A stretch of 24,000 nucleotides of DNA from Sinorhizobium phage phiM9. Where the stretch lies: sequence record KP881232.1. The stretch is one strand, 5' to 3'. Both the position numbers and the translations under genes were made by a program. This document shows, one piece after another, positions 23,498 to 24,000 of this stretch; position 1 is the stretch's first letter; every line of letters starts with the position of its first letter. The notes beneath the pieces are model-generated. The model worked only from the letters and a program-made list of their open reading frames with translations, did no database searches and was not told the DNA's origin.

Positions 23498-24000
23498 TCT
23501 GCTTCCTTTTCAAGTTCTTCGACTTCACCTTCGATTACCGGAGCTTTCGAGTCGAGAACGTTCTTGAGGGTGCGAGAGTGCTGACGAATGTCTGGAGACT
23601 TCCAGCCTTCAGGCTTGATGAGATCAGGAAGACCGAGAGGGTTCGGACGACCAGGCTTGATCCCGACTTCCTTGTCGATGTTCGCCTTCATCACTGTCCA
23701 GTAGCTCTGTTCGAGTTCTTCCTTCGACATCGTGAAGGTTGCAGTACCGAATGCGAACACCAGGATGTCGACGATTGCGTCATTGATCTCCTGGATAGCG
23801 TGAAGCTGCTTTTCGACATCGCCTGCTTCGCGAGCTTCACGGAACAACTGAACAGCGTCGACGAATTCGCCAACCTCTTCACCGATCTGCTTCTCTGCAC
23901 GAAACTCGAGAAAATCGAGAAACTTGTCCTGGTCGAAACCTTTTACGGCGTCATAGAAGCCGAACTTAGTGTGCATCTGGTCGACGAGTTCAAAGTACAT
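23494..24000 (-). CDS. MazG-like all-alpha NTP pyrophosphatase (phosphoribosyl-ATP pyrophosphohydrolase-like), 168 aa; start may lie beyond the window
   Basis: KQIGEEVGEFVDA...EINDAIVDILVFAFG helices; C-terminal MKANIDKEVG...LPDLIKPEGWKSPDI. Confidence 0.75.
   Translation of the reverse strand: MYFELVDQMHTKFGFYDAVKGFDQDKFLDFLEFRAEKQIGEEVGEFVDAVQLFREAREAGDVEKQLHAIQEINDAIVDILVFAFGTATFTMSKEELEQSYWTVMKANIDKEVGIKPGRPNPLGLPDLIKPEGWKSPDIRQHSRTLKNVLDSKAPVIEGEVEELEKEAE

Noticed and set aside
1-24000. CRISPR array, transposase, integrase or classical toxin-antitoxin/defence operon
   Set aside because: No regularly spaced repeats or recognisable motifs for such systems were seen; gene content is consistent with a lytic-type phage replication region.

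Overview
This 24 kb window looks like a densely packed early/replication module of a myovirus in the T4 superfamily. Nearly all genes lie on the minus strand and often overlap by ATGA or TGATG. Reading along the minus strand from the right edge, I recognise: a MazG-like NTP pyrophosphatase; a thymidylate-synthase/dCMP-hydroxymethylase-family enzyme; an unknown 348-aa protein; a P-loop dNMP/thymidylate-kinase-like protein; an undivided type II topoisomerase large subunit (gp39-like); topoisomerase medium subunit (gp52-like); gp55-like late sigma; gp47/gp46 recombination nuclease; sliding clamp (gp45); clamp loader (gp44/gp62); a Dam-like adenine methylase; and family B DNA polymerase (gp43). 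The one convincing plus-strand gene is a GIY-YIG/NUMOD-type endonuclease placed between the topoisomerase and kinase genes. The best leads are: (i) the overlapping four-gene nucleotide operon at the right edge, whose TS-family enzyme has Asp at the base-discriminating position; (ii) a recurring 5' leader/promoter element; (iii) an in-frame ochre codon splitting a candidate winged-helix gene; (iv) a perfect C(UUCG)G hairpin and other distinct inverted repeats in control regions; (v) two tandem pairs of diverged paralogous small genes; (vi) strong GATC enrichment in a genome carrying a Dam-like gene. All assignments come from reading motifs by eye; no database search was run.
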